DNA from: a virus
DNA: 64,000 bases
IMG/VR virus record: IMGVR_UViG_3300028920_000055
Coordinates: 26,052 to 90,051 of that record
Reading direction: 5' to 3' (one strand)
A program made the translations under genes and the position numbers. Within the stretch, counting starts at the first letter, position 1. Each line of letters opens with the position of its first letter. Shown piece after piece: positions 48,726 to 57,615 of this stretch. Below the pieces are notes generated by a model, which saw only the letters and a list, made by a program, of their open reading frames with translations, was not told the origin of the DNA and searched no databases.

Positions 48726-50624
48726 ATGATACTTCTCAGACCAGTGTTATTGGATGGTGATTACTATGCTATAGTAAACATAAGAGACAGAAATTTCAAC
48801 CAAATCTTGGATGTTGTAAAAGATTTGGAAGTGAGAGAGTACATAAGGCCGATGAGAAAATATGCCATCGGCTTTTCCAGTGTTAAGGAACTTGTAAGAA
48901 ATTTAAAGAAGAAGAAAATAAATACACCTATAATTTACAATGATGATTTTTATTATCATTATTTACAATGGCTTGGGGAACGAAAAGAATTGATGTCCAT
49001 AAAGAATGAAATTCCTGTAGATGTAGAAATTCCTGGCTATAATGAGCATGTAGGAACAGAGTTTAAACTTTTCCCTTTTCAAACCATAGGATCACATTTC
49101 CTATACACTGGAAGAAAAGTTCTACTGGCAGATGTAGTAGGATTGGGGAAAACTCCTCAAAGTATCATAGCCTCACAAAAACTTCTCATAGAAGAAAATT
49201 ACGATGGAGTTATTGTTGTAGTTCCCGCCTCTTTAAAAAGAAAATGGAGAAAAGACATCTATAAATTCCTTGGGGTTCAAACAAGAGTCACCCTTATTGA
49301 AGGATCTAAAAAGGAGCGCATCGAACAGTATGGTAAGTTTTTTGGATTGTTAAATCTAAAAAATGTGGAAAATCTCAAGGTGTCCGATTCGTTAGAAAAA
49401 AATACTAAAAAAAATAAAATTAAAAATATTAATATTAATTTAAAAGATAGTAGGGGTATAAGTCTTTTTAGTGTAGGAAATTACTTGGTTTTAAATTATG
49501 ACATAGCCCATAGGGACATTGAAGATGTAATAATCCCATTATTGGAGGAAAACAAAAAGAAGAAATACGTTATTGTGTTCGATGAGATACAATACTTAAA
49601 GAATTATCAAACAAAGAGACACGAAGCTTGTTTAGAAATGGCCAAATATTGTAAGTCAATATTTGGTTTATCGGCAACATTAGTGGAAACCACTATAATG
49701 GATATATTTAACATCTTATTGGTTGTTAATGATACTCTATTGGGTACTCAGGGGGGCAGATTCTACAATCGTCACACTGAACAAGATTATTTCGGAAACG
49801 TTAAATTTTTTAAAGATACCAAGTATGTTGAGGAAATAACATTCCCTTATCGATTAAGGCGACATAAGGAACAAGTGTTCGATCAATTGCCTGAAAGAGT
49901 GGAAATGACTTATTGGTGCGAACTGGCTCCGCCTCAAAGAAAATTGTACGAAAATGTGATTGATAATATTGCGAAAGACATTAAAAGTGATCATCGCAAA
50001 ACAGGAATTTCTACAGCAGATGTACTAAGTAAGGTACAATATTTAATACAAGCTTGTCTTCATACTGAGCTATTGGATTACAAAGAATCTATATCTTCCA
50101 AAGTAGAATTGTTGAAACAAGTCATGGAAGATATGGGTGAGAAAAAATACGTTATTTTCTGCCGATACACTAAAATGTTAGAAATATTAAAAAGGGAATT
50201 GGAAAAGAAGTATGATGGAGTGGTGACGGCACACGGAAAGAATATGCCCCAAAAGAAACGACAAGAGCTTATTGATGATTTTAATGATAGCGAAGGCTTC
50301 ACTAAAATATTACTTACATCCGATATATTTAAACAAGGTGTTGATCTTGTTGGGGCAAGCGTACTAATCCATTATGATTTGCTATGGAATCCAGCTGTTA
50401 TGGAGCAAAGAAGCGGTCGGATTGATCGGATTGGTCAAAAAGCCAATAAAATAGCGATTGTGTACTTAGTTACGTCTGATACTATAGAACATCGGATGTA
50501 TAACATATTGGAAGAGAGAAAAGAATTAATCGATCAATTGATTGAAGAGGGATTTAAAAGTGATCGAATAAAATCTGTAAACAAACGTTTGCGTAGAGAG
50601 TTGTATATGGAGTTGGGATTATGA
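48726..50624 (+). CDS. SNF2-family helicase
   Basis: LADVVGLGKT, VPASL, DEIQ, LSAT, GVDL, WNP...EQR.GR.DRIGQ. Confidence 0.95.
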   Translation: MILLRPVLLDGDYYAIVNIRDRNFNQILDVVKDLEVREYIRPMRKYAIGFSSVKELVRNLKKKKINTPIIYNDDFYYHYLQWLGERKELMSIKNEIPVDVEIPGYNEHVGTEFKLFPFQTIGSHFLYTGRKVLLADVVGLGKTPQSIIASQKLLIEENYDGVIVVVPASLKRKWRKDIYKFLGVQTRVTLIEGSKKERIEQYGKFFGLLNLKNVENLKVSDSLEKNTKKNKIKNININLKDSRGISLFSVGNYLVLNYDIAHRDIEDVIIPLLEENKKKKYVIVFDEIQYLKNYQTKRHEACLEMAKYCKSIFGLSATLVETTIMDIFNILLVVNDTLLGTQGGRFYNRHTEQDYFGNVKFFKDTKYVEEITFPYRLRRHKEQVFDQLPERVEMTYWCELAPPQRKLYENVIDNIAKDIKSDHRKTGISTADVLSKVQYLIQACLHTELLDYKESISSKVELLKQVMEDMGEKKYVIFCRYTKMLEILKRELEKKYDGVVTAHGKNMPQKKRQELIDDFNDSEGFTKILLTSDIFKQGVDLVGASVLIHYDLLWNPAVMEQRSGRIDRIGQKANKIAIVYLVTSDTIEHRMYNILEERKELIDQLIEEGFKSDRIKSVNKRLRRELYMELGL

Positions 50625-51226
50625 TAAAATTAAAACACGGAGCTGTTATTAGGATACCAGAGGGCTACACTTTCGATACTGTGAAACACGGAAGCCGGAT
50701 AAAATTTATCATTGTAAGAAAAATGACTGAAAGAGAAACCAAAGGATCATTTGAAGATGTCGGTGAACAAGCAAAGCCTAAGATGCCTCGCTACAATAGA
50801 GCCAATAGAGATAGAAGCAACGCCAATGTAAATTACAATAGAGTTAATCCCGCCGAATGGAAACCAAAGCATATAGTTCAGTATTTAAAATATTTGTATA
50901 TAACAAACTTGGGTCAATTGCCTTTGTCACTAAGATGGAATGATCACGGATACACGAAAAATGCTAAGGAAAGATCGAAAGCTTGGTTGAATGGTCGTTT
51001 TATCAAAGATAAATTCGCAGCCTTACAATTAAATCAAAGAGAAATCAAAGATTACATACGTTGGGCTTGGGATACCCAAAGCATTACTCCTACCATGTCA
51101 CTATTGTCTTGTAACGATTGGATCGATAAATATAACATCGAGCGGAGAAAGAATCACGAGTTGGATGAAGACACAGAGATGGAAAATTGGAGTGAAACGG
51201 TACACCACCTACAGGATGAGAAATGA
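50621..51226 (+). CDS. Hypothetical protein, possible replication initiator or helicase loader
   Basis: ATGA-coupled between SNF2 and DnaB; function inferred from position only. Confidence 0.55.
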   Translation: MIKLKHGAVIRIPEGYTFDTVKHGSRIKFIIVRKMTERETKGSFEDVGEQAKPKMPRYNRANRDRSNANVNYNRVNPAEWKPKHIVQYLKYLYITNLGQLPLSLRWNDHGYTKNAKERSKAWLNGRFIKDKFAALQLNQREIKDYIRWAWDTQSITPTMSLLSCNDWIDKYNIERRKNHELDEDTEMENWSETVHHLQDEK

Positions 51227-52740
51227 CAAAGACCAAGTACGATGATTTAAGGATGGAGCGATCTTTTCTTAGGGCTATGTTATCCGATGATAAAGTGACC
51301 AAAGAAACCAGCGAGGACACAACTTTTGGGTATAGAGCTTTCAATGACAAAGTTAATCAGAACATTTATAAAGCAATAGTGCGACATCACCGGAAATATA
51401 GTGCATTGCCTACAGCAGATGTACTTAAAAGAATTGTTATGAGGTATGTGGAGAAATCTTCTCTGTATAGTCGTGGACAACAAGCCGAAAAATATGGATT
51501 AATCATAGAAAAATTATTATCAAGAGAATCAACCAATAAGGAATTGGCCAACTTGCCCGAAATAAGAAACCAATTATTAACTTACGCGAAAGGGCGAGAT
51601 TTAAGAATGGCTATAATGAAAAGTGCCGATATGTTAGATGATGGAGATATAGACGGGGCATCGAATGTATTTTACAATTTTAAAAGCGATATGATGAGTG
51701 CTGCTGATTTATCGGATGAAGGGGACTACATATCGGATTGGACAGAGAGATGGAAACTTGTAAAGAAAAAAGAAAAGCATCCGGAATTGTTCAAGGCAAT
51801 ACCTACAGGGATTTATGGTTGGAATCCTTACGATCCATTTAAAGACAGTAACACTATTGATTTCGATGTATTTCTCGATGGCGGTCATTACGATGGAGAA
51901 TTAGAGATCGTGGTAGGGGATAGTGGAGGTGGTAAAAGCAATACATTATTAGAGTTTGCTCATAATGCCGCAATAGCGGGCAAGAATGTAATGTTATTCA
52001 CAATAGAGATGAGTCGATGGAAGATGCAAACCCGCCTTGACAGTCGCATTACAGGCATCCCTTTTCGAAAATTTCGTACTGCTACATTGACAGAAAAGGA
52101 TTGGGAGAGATGGGAAAGAAAAATGAAGGCTTGGAAGGAAAAGGTTGGAAAGGGATCGATCTATGTGGTCGGATTTCCTCAGCAGTGTACGGTAGCAACC
52201 ATAGAGGCCAAAATTAAAGAAAGGCAACAACAAAGCGGAAACAAAGTTGATCTCGTTGTGGTTGATTATCTTAATGATATAAAACCTAATGGAAGATATG
52301 AAACAGATAAGGATTGGAAGGCACAAGGAGAAATTTCTTGGGATTTAAAGCAAATGGCGGGTTTATTTAAGATACCTGTAGTCACCGCCAATCAAGGAAA
52401 GTCAAGCTCGATATTGTCCAAGTTCAAAGTCAGTGAAAGCGGAGTGCCCAAATTTCGGAGAATGATGTGGAATGATGCCGCTTTTAGCCCATTGCCCTCT
52501 CATCACTCTACAACAATAATTGGTTTGTTGTTAAGTAAAAAAGTTGATAATGGTATATGGGACATTCTTAATTCTCAAGTTATCAAGCATCGAGACGGAG
52601 AGACTACACTTGGCGTAGTAAGTGTACCTGATCTGTCAAGATGCCGGATATGTACCACTTATGCTTACGCCAAAGCAAAAGAGAGACTTGAAGAGGGCAG
52701 TGTAGAAAACTTTGAGGGCTTGACCAATGATGGAAAATAA
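51223..52740 (+). CDS. dnaB: Replicative DnaB-like helicase
   Basis: GDSGGGKS, FTIEMS, VVVDYL, VVTANQ, KHRDGE. Confidence 0.92.
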   Translation: MTKTKYDDLRMERSFLRAMLSDDKVTKETSEDTTFGYRAFNDKVNQNIYKAIVRHHRKYSALPTADVLKRIVMRYVEKSSLYSRGQQAEKYGLIIEKLLSRESTNKELANLPEIRNQLLTYAKGRDLRMAIMKSADMLDDGDIDGASNVFYNFKSDMMSAADLSDEGDYISDWTERWKLVKKKEKHPELFKAIPTGIYGWNPYDPFKDSNTIDFDVFLDGGHYDGELEIVVGDSGGGKSNTLLEFAHNAAIAGKNVMLFTIEMSRWKMQTRLDSRITGIPFRKFRTATLTEKDWERWERKMKAWKEKVGKGSIYVVGFPQQCTVATIEAKIKERQQQSGNKVDLVVVDYLNDIKPNGRYETDKDWKAQGEISWDLKQMAGLFKIPVVTANQGKSSSILSKFKVSESGVPKFRRMMWNDAAFSPLPSHHSTTIIGLLLSKKVDNGIWDILNSQVIKHRDGETTLGVVSVPDLSRCRICTTYAYAKAKERLEEGSVENFEGLTNDGK

Positions 52741-53620
52741 AGCAAGCAAGATGAGCAGAATAGCGGGAGCAATATTCGGAGCCGCCATAGGGGATGTGTT
52801 CGGCTCAATGATTTCCAGCATAAATGAATATAACAATACCGAATTGTATGGAGAATGGCCAATAAAACATTTTAAAAGACCACATGGTAAAAATGCCTTT
52901 CTCGTAAAAGGCCAATATAGCTGGCCCTTTCAGGTAATGAAGATGTTCATAAGATCAATTATAGGAGTTGGTGATAATTGGAATTCCGGCTATACCGATT
53001 TGGATGTAGCATCGGCAGTTATGGGTGGATTTTCCATTCGATATGAAAAACACACAAAAGAGGATTCTTTTCTTGGAACCGATTCAACTTATGTTATGTT
53101 GGGATCAAAAATGTTAGATAGTGGAGAGGATATACCAAGTTTTGAATTTTATCACACTGCTATGGATTCCTTTTTGCCTAAAATAATGCTTACATCATTA
53201 ATATTCGCTCCACCTTATATGAATGCCATTAGAATGTTAAAAAGCAAAATTAGTTACATGTTTAATATACCAGAGGGTCGAGATAAAAGAGAATTGTATA
53301 TGATTCCTGATTATATGATTGGGGAATCAGTAATGCATTTGTTCTCTATATCAAGTAAAATCAGTCGAATATTAAGTGATATATCAGAGATAGAGGAAAA
53401 GGCTGAGAATTTTTATGATGCCATGGTAAATTTTACAAGTTCAGGTGTATACTATCATTATGGAAACGATAGTAATTGTTTCGGTTGTATGCTTGGGGCG
53501 AGGTTGGGTTGGAGATTCGGAGTAAATAGCACAGAATTTTTCGCACACCAATTGGAGGAATTCGCAGAAATCGATAGGATGATAGATAACTTGTTAACAT
53601 TTTGGAGGGATCATGTCTAA
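52727..53620 (+). CDS. ADP-ribosylglycohydrolase-fold protein with degenerate catalytic motifs
   Basis: GAIFGAAIGDVFG and GNDSNCFGCMLGARLG match the ARH/DraG termini; TDD is absent. Confidence 0.65.
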   Translation: MMENKASKMSRIAGAIFGAAIGDVFGSMISSINEYNNTELYGEWPIKHFKRPHGKNAFLVKGQYSWPFQVMKMFIRSIIGVGDNWNSGYTDLDVASAVMGGFSIRYEKHTKEDSFLGTDSTYVMLGSKMLDSGEDIPSFEFYHTAMDSFLPKIMLTSLIFAPPYMNAIRMLKSKISYMFNIPEGRDKRELYMIPDYMIGESVMHLFSISSKISRILSDISEIEEKAENFYDAMVNFTSSGVYYHYGNDSNCFGCMLGARLGWRFGVNSTEFFAHQLEEFAEIDRMIDNLLTFWRDHV

Positions 53621-54554
53621 TTTCAAATTCCGTACAGGCGAAATTGAGTCGGTGTTTGAAAGGTCAGGGATAGATTTTACAAGAACGGGACATTGGATTA
53701 TGATTAATTGTCCCTTTCACGAAGAAGAAGTTCCAAGTTGCGGGATTCATACACTAAATGGAGGATTTAATTGTTTTGGATGTGGGAAAAGAGGAAACTT
53801 TGCCGATCTGTGTAAAAAATTAAACATAACTCCAGAATTGAATGAGGTAGAGGGGCCAAGCGAAGCCGATTTTAATGCGAAAATTTCTAAGTTACGAAGC
53901 AACAATAATACACCTAAAAAATTAAAATTGTATGAAAAACATTTCAAATCATTAAATAGCAGAAGAAATCGTAACACCGAATGTGGAGAGGATATAATCG
54001 ATTATCTACACAATAGGGGAGTTGGTCTTACCACTATCGTAGATTTTGAAATAGGCTATATCAATTATGGCCCTTATATAGGGCGTGTAGCCATACCTGT
54101 ATACGATATTACAGGAAAAGAAATTATTTGGTTTGAAGGTAGGGCAATTAAAAAAACGATGATGCCGCCCTATTTCCGACCAAAGGGAAGTCCAAAGAAA
54201 AGTACAGTATTTAATTATCATAGAGTACACGATAAAGATTCAGTCATTGTTACAGAGGGAATAATGGATGCTATTGTTCTTCATTCTTGGGGCTATCCCT
54301 CTGTATGCGTTTTTGGAACAAATTATAATATCGATCAGTTGATATTGCTTTCTTCATTTGAGAAAGTACATTTTTGTTTCGATGGAGATGGCCCTGGGCG
54401 AAATGCCGCCGCCTCTATACGAAGATCCAGAGAATTGGAGACAGGATCGAATTATTACATTATTCCTATGCCGGATGGTCGCGATCCGGCTTCTTTGACG
54501 CGGGATGAATTTAAATATCAACTAAAGCGCACTCGCCGCATTTCTATATCTTAA
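53613..54554 (+). CDS. dnaG: DNA primase (CHC2 Zn finger plus TOPRIM)
   Basis: CPFH...CFGC, YL.NRG, F.GR, TEG.MDA, FDGDGPG, DP. Confidence 0.93.
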   Translation: MSNFKFRTGEIESVFERSGIDFTRTGHWIMINCPFHEEEVPSCGIHTLNGGFNCFGCGKRGNFADLCKKLNITPELNEVEGPSEADFNAKISKLRSNNNTPKKLKLYEKHFKSLNSRRNRNTECGEDIIDYLHNRGVGLTTIVDFEIGYINYGPYIGRVAIPVYDITGKEIIWFEGRAIKKTMMPPYFRPKGSPKKSTVFNYHRVHDKDSVIVTEGIMDAIVLHSWGYPSVCVFGTNYNIDQLILLSSFEKVHFCFDGDGPGRNAAASIRRSRELETGSNYYIIPMPDGRDPASLTRDEFKYQLKRTRRISIS

Positions 54555-54572
54555 TCTATGTAGAAATTTTCC

Positions 54573-54601
54573 TTTACTTTTTGAAAAAAAATCCTTATAT
54601 T
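54573..54601 (+). promoter_or_regulatory. Sigma70-type promoter
   Basis: TTTACT-N17-TATATT, homologous to the 48654 element. Confidence 0.75.
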
Positions 54602-54721
54602 ATATTACGCGGATGTAAGATAAAACTTAATGAAAACCAACATTGGAGGGCCAAAATGAGACGTTAAAGACTTGTAAGTTTTGTGTTGTTTTTAACTTCA
54701 CCTTAACAGGAGGAAAGTACT

Positions 54722-55495
54722 GTGGCAAATCTCAAGAAGATGACAGTGGCACAGCTTCAAAAGTTGTGCAAAAAGGAAGGCATCGAAGGCTATGAAGACA
54801 TGAAGAAATCCGATCTCATAGCCGTGTTGGAGTCAGTGGATGAGGAAGCAGAAGAGGCTGAAGTGGACGAGGAAGTGGAAGATGAGGATGAGGATTGGGA
54901 AGATGATGAGGATGATGAAGAAGGGGACGATGAAGACGAGGACGATGAGGATGATGATGATTGGGAGGAAGATGAGGATGAAGACGAGGATGAGGAAGAT
55001 GAGGAAGATGAGGATGAGGAAGATGAGGATGAGGATGATGAGGATGAAGAGGTGGTGGAAGAGAAGCCCAAGAAAAAGCCCTCAAAGAAAGCATCCAAGG
55101 CTCGAAAAGAGGGTGGTGAGCGTCTGCGTCCCTTCATCAACGAACAGATCGATCTGAACGCCAAGCTCAAGAAAAAGAATCTGTGGGTCAAGAACGCACA
55201 GTTTCTGTCCCGTGATGAGAAGAAACAGCTTCTCAAGGCCAAGAATCAAAAAGATCCCATCGCCAAAAAGGTGTACAAGCTCCTTGATAAAAAGGTCGCC
55301 GGTTTCCGCTCGAAACAGAAGGAAAAGACCAAAGCCGCCAAGACCACTACCAAGGCAGCTTCACCTTATGCCGATAAGTCTCACATCGAACTGGCCAAGG
55401 AAGTGGTGAAGCGAAAGCTGAAGCCGAAAGCCGAAGCCAAAAAGATGAGTGACTCCAAATTGATCAAGCTGCTTGAATTCGATGATGCGGAATGA
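54722..55495 (+). CDS. Rho-N/HeH-domain protein with a very long D/E tract
   Basis: LKKMTVAQLQKLCKKEGIEGYEDMKKSDLI; ~75-residue acidic run; AGGAGG RBS, GTG start. Confidence 0.8.
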   Translation: MANLKKMTVAQLQKLCKKEGIEGYEDMKKSDLIAVLESVDEEAEEAEVDEEVEDEDEDWEDDEDDEEGDDEDEDDEDDDDWEEDEDEDEDEEDEEDEDEEDEDEDDEDEEVVEEKPKKKPSKKASKARKEGGERLRPFINEQIDLNAKLKKKNLWVKNAQFLSRDEKKQLLKAKNQKDPIAKKVYKLLDKKVAGFRSKQKEKTKAAKTTTKAASPYADKSHIELAKEVVKRKLKPKAEAKKMSDSKLIKLLEFDDAE

Positions 55496-55528
55496 TCCCT
55501 GGCCTGACTGACTGATTCCAACCGGATT

Positions 55529-55561
55529 GGGCGGCTCCTTTGTGGGCCGCCCTTTCTATTT
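55529..55561 (+). terminator. Intrinsic terminator
   Basis: GGGCGGCTC-CTTTGT-GGGCCGCCC followed by TTTCTATTT. Confidence 0.8.
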
Positions 55562-55579
55562 AGTTTGCGGAGAAAGACA

Positions 55580-56383
55580 ATGGTACTTATTGATGGAAAT
55601 AATCTTTTGTATAAAGATTATTTCTCCTACAAGGGCGCGGATTACAAACAATTAAAAGATTTTTTCATTAGACATCTTCATTCGCTTGCTTCATCAGGAA
55701 TACACGATCTTGTGGTGATTTGGGATAGTGCTTTCGGATCGTGGCGCAATATTGCTTATCCATCTTACAAAGGCACAAGGACTATGTCTTTGTTCGAATG
55801 TGATAGTGAAGCAAAGAAATTTTACCACTGGAGAATAAAATTAAGACAATTTTTATACACTCGAACATCAATAAGACAAACCCATATAAATCGATTCGAA
55901 GCAGATGATATAATAGCTCTTTATGTTAGAAATAGAATCAAGAAAAAGATTGATGTTAATATAACAATAGTATCCAACGACAAAGACTTCTATCAATTGC
56001 TACATTCTTATCGTCCCACCGTGAATATTCTCCGTGTAGGTAGAAACAAACAACGTGTATTAACTCGTGAAGATTTCGAAGAAGAATACGAAATCAGACC
56101 AGCATTATGGTCTGATGTGAGAGCACTTAGTGGTGATACATCAGATAATATTCCTGGTATTGAAGGAATTGGCCCAGTAAGGGCTGTTGAAATAATAAAA
56201 ACATACGGGCCATTGAAAAAATGGATCAATTCCGTAGCTCCCAATGATAAAATAAAAATCAGCAAGTGGGCATTTAAAGCTCGCCTTAAACGTAAAAAGG
56301 TGATGTTTTATTACAAGCTTGTAGATTTAAAGAGAAATCATAGTGGTCTTAGATTGGAATTGAGTAACAATACTTACAAGTGA
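55580..56383 (+). CDS. 5'-3' exonuclease/flap endonuclease (PolA N-terminal/T5-like)
   Basis: LIDGNN, YKGTR, EADD, SNDKDFYQL, GDTSDNIPGIEGIG. Confidence 0.93.
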   Translation: MVLIDGNNLLYKDYFSYKGADYKQLKDFFIRHLHSLASSGIHDLVVIWDSAFGSWRNIAYPSYKGTRTMSLFECDSEAKKFYHWRIKLRQFLYTRTSIRQTHINRFEADDIIALYVRNRIKKKIDVNITIVSNDKDFYQLLHSYRPTVNILRVGRNKQRVLTREDFEEEYEIRPALWSDVRALSGDTSDNIPGIEGIGPVRAVEIIKTYGPLKKWINSVAPNDKIKISKWAFKARLKRKKVMFYYKLVDLKRNHSGLRLELSNNTYK

Positions 56384-57171
56384 GGCGTATCGTGAATTAT
56401 GTAAAAAATAGTTTTAAAATGGGCCCATTTCGCGTAATATCTTACAGCAGAAGAGAAATGGAACATATGACGATTGTTCCAGATGGTTGTCACTCGGATT
56501 ACGTAATACACGGCGACCTTTCTGTCGCAGCAAGTTACGAATTTGCTTCTTATTTGTTTTATAGAGGATTGGCTAAAAAATCTAATAAAATTAACAGTGT
56601 ATTAGAAGTTTTTGGCGGTTCAGGTTGGGAATCTCATCTTATTGGTAGAGTAATAAAACCAGAAAAACATTACGTATTAGAAATGTATGAACAAGGGTGC
56701 AAATCGATTGAAGAGAATTGCAATCCTACAAGTGTTATGCAAGTGGATAGTTATTACTTTTGTAGTATTCTAAAAAAACATTTTGATTTAATTGTAGCAG
56801 ATTTTAACGCATTTACATTTCGTAAAATGGAGCAAGATAGAAACATTAAGGAAGCCGTAAAAGGGATGTTTCGATCATCTAACAAATACGTTAAAATAAG
56901 CGATTCTACATTTTTCGGAATATACAGATTCCCAAAAAATATTACAAGTTACGATTTATATTTAGATGGACACGCCAAAGATTATAAACATTTTTATTCT
57001 TTAATTCAAAAGAAATTTTATAAGTTGTACGGATTTAGTCTCATTAAAGTTATAATTCCAAAAGGTAAAACTGTGGCTTTGTTAATATTTAAAAAAGGGA
57101 AATACAGCAATTTAACATTTAAGTCTGTAAATGAAAAATTTGACATGAAGATTTTGCGAGGTGTATCATGA
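56380..57171 (+). CDS. Class I SAM-binding (methyltransferase/aminopropyltransferase-like) fold protein
   Basis: VLEVFGGSG motif I, VLE motif II, FDLIVADF; no (D/N)PPY or PC motif. Confidence 0.6.
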   Translation: MRRIVNYVKNSFKMGPFRVISYSRREMEHMTIVPDGCHSDYVIHGDLSVAASYEFASYLFYRGLAKKSNKINSVLEVFGGSGWESHLIGRVIKPEKHYVLEMYEQGCKSIEENCNPTSVMQVDSYYFCSILKKHFDLIVADFNAFTFRKMEQDRNIKEAVKGMFRSSNKYVKISDSTFFGIYRFPKNITSYDLYLDGHAKDYKHFYSLIQKKFYKLYGFSLIKVIIPKGKTVALLIFKKGKYSNLTFKSVNEKFDMKILRGVS

Positions 57172-57611
57172 GACATTGGTTAAAAGCCCGTCAAGCGATT
57201 GCTTACATAAAGCATTTTATTGGATTGCCTTATATCTATGGCGGCGATGATCCAATGGCAGGATTTGATTGTAGCGGTCTTGCCATCGAAATGCTTAAAA
57301 GCGTGGGACTTTTTCCGCTTTATAGCGATATGACAGCGCAAGATTTATTTCATTATCATAGCAATTACATTGTAGATATGACTAAGCCATTTAAACCAGG
57401 CATGTTGATATTTTATGGAACAGCTCTAAACGAAATTTCTCATGTTTCGATTGTGTTAAATAAAAATCAAATTCTTGAGGCGGGTGGCGGAAGAAGTACA
57501 ACGAAAACAATTGGGGATGCAATCCGGCAAAATGCTTATATTATGTGTAGGCCCATTAGTAAAAGAGAAAACGAAATTATTGGAGTAGTTGATCCTTTTA
57601 TTAAGAGGTGA
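57168..57611 (+). CDS. NlpC/P60 cysteine peptidase (cell-wall hydrolase)
   Basis: G.PYIYGG...GFDCSG, PG.LIFY, SHV. Confidence 0.9.
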   Translation: MRHWLKARQAIAYIKHFIGLPYIYGGDDPMAGFDCSGLAIEMLKSVGLFPLYSDMTAQDLFHYHSNYIVDMTKPFKPGMLIFYGTALNEISHVSIVLNKNQILEAGGGRSTTKTIGDAIRQNAYIMCRPISKRENEIIGVVDPFIKR

Positions 57612-57615
57612 TAAA

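Noticed and set aside
54790-55242. Poly-Ser, His/Pro and Met/Arg ORFs; GAT/GAG microsatellite-like DNA
   Set aside because: Alternative frames of the D/E tract. It is not a CRISPR array or an independent repeat locus; the same applies to 16566-17099.
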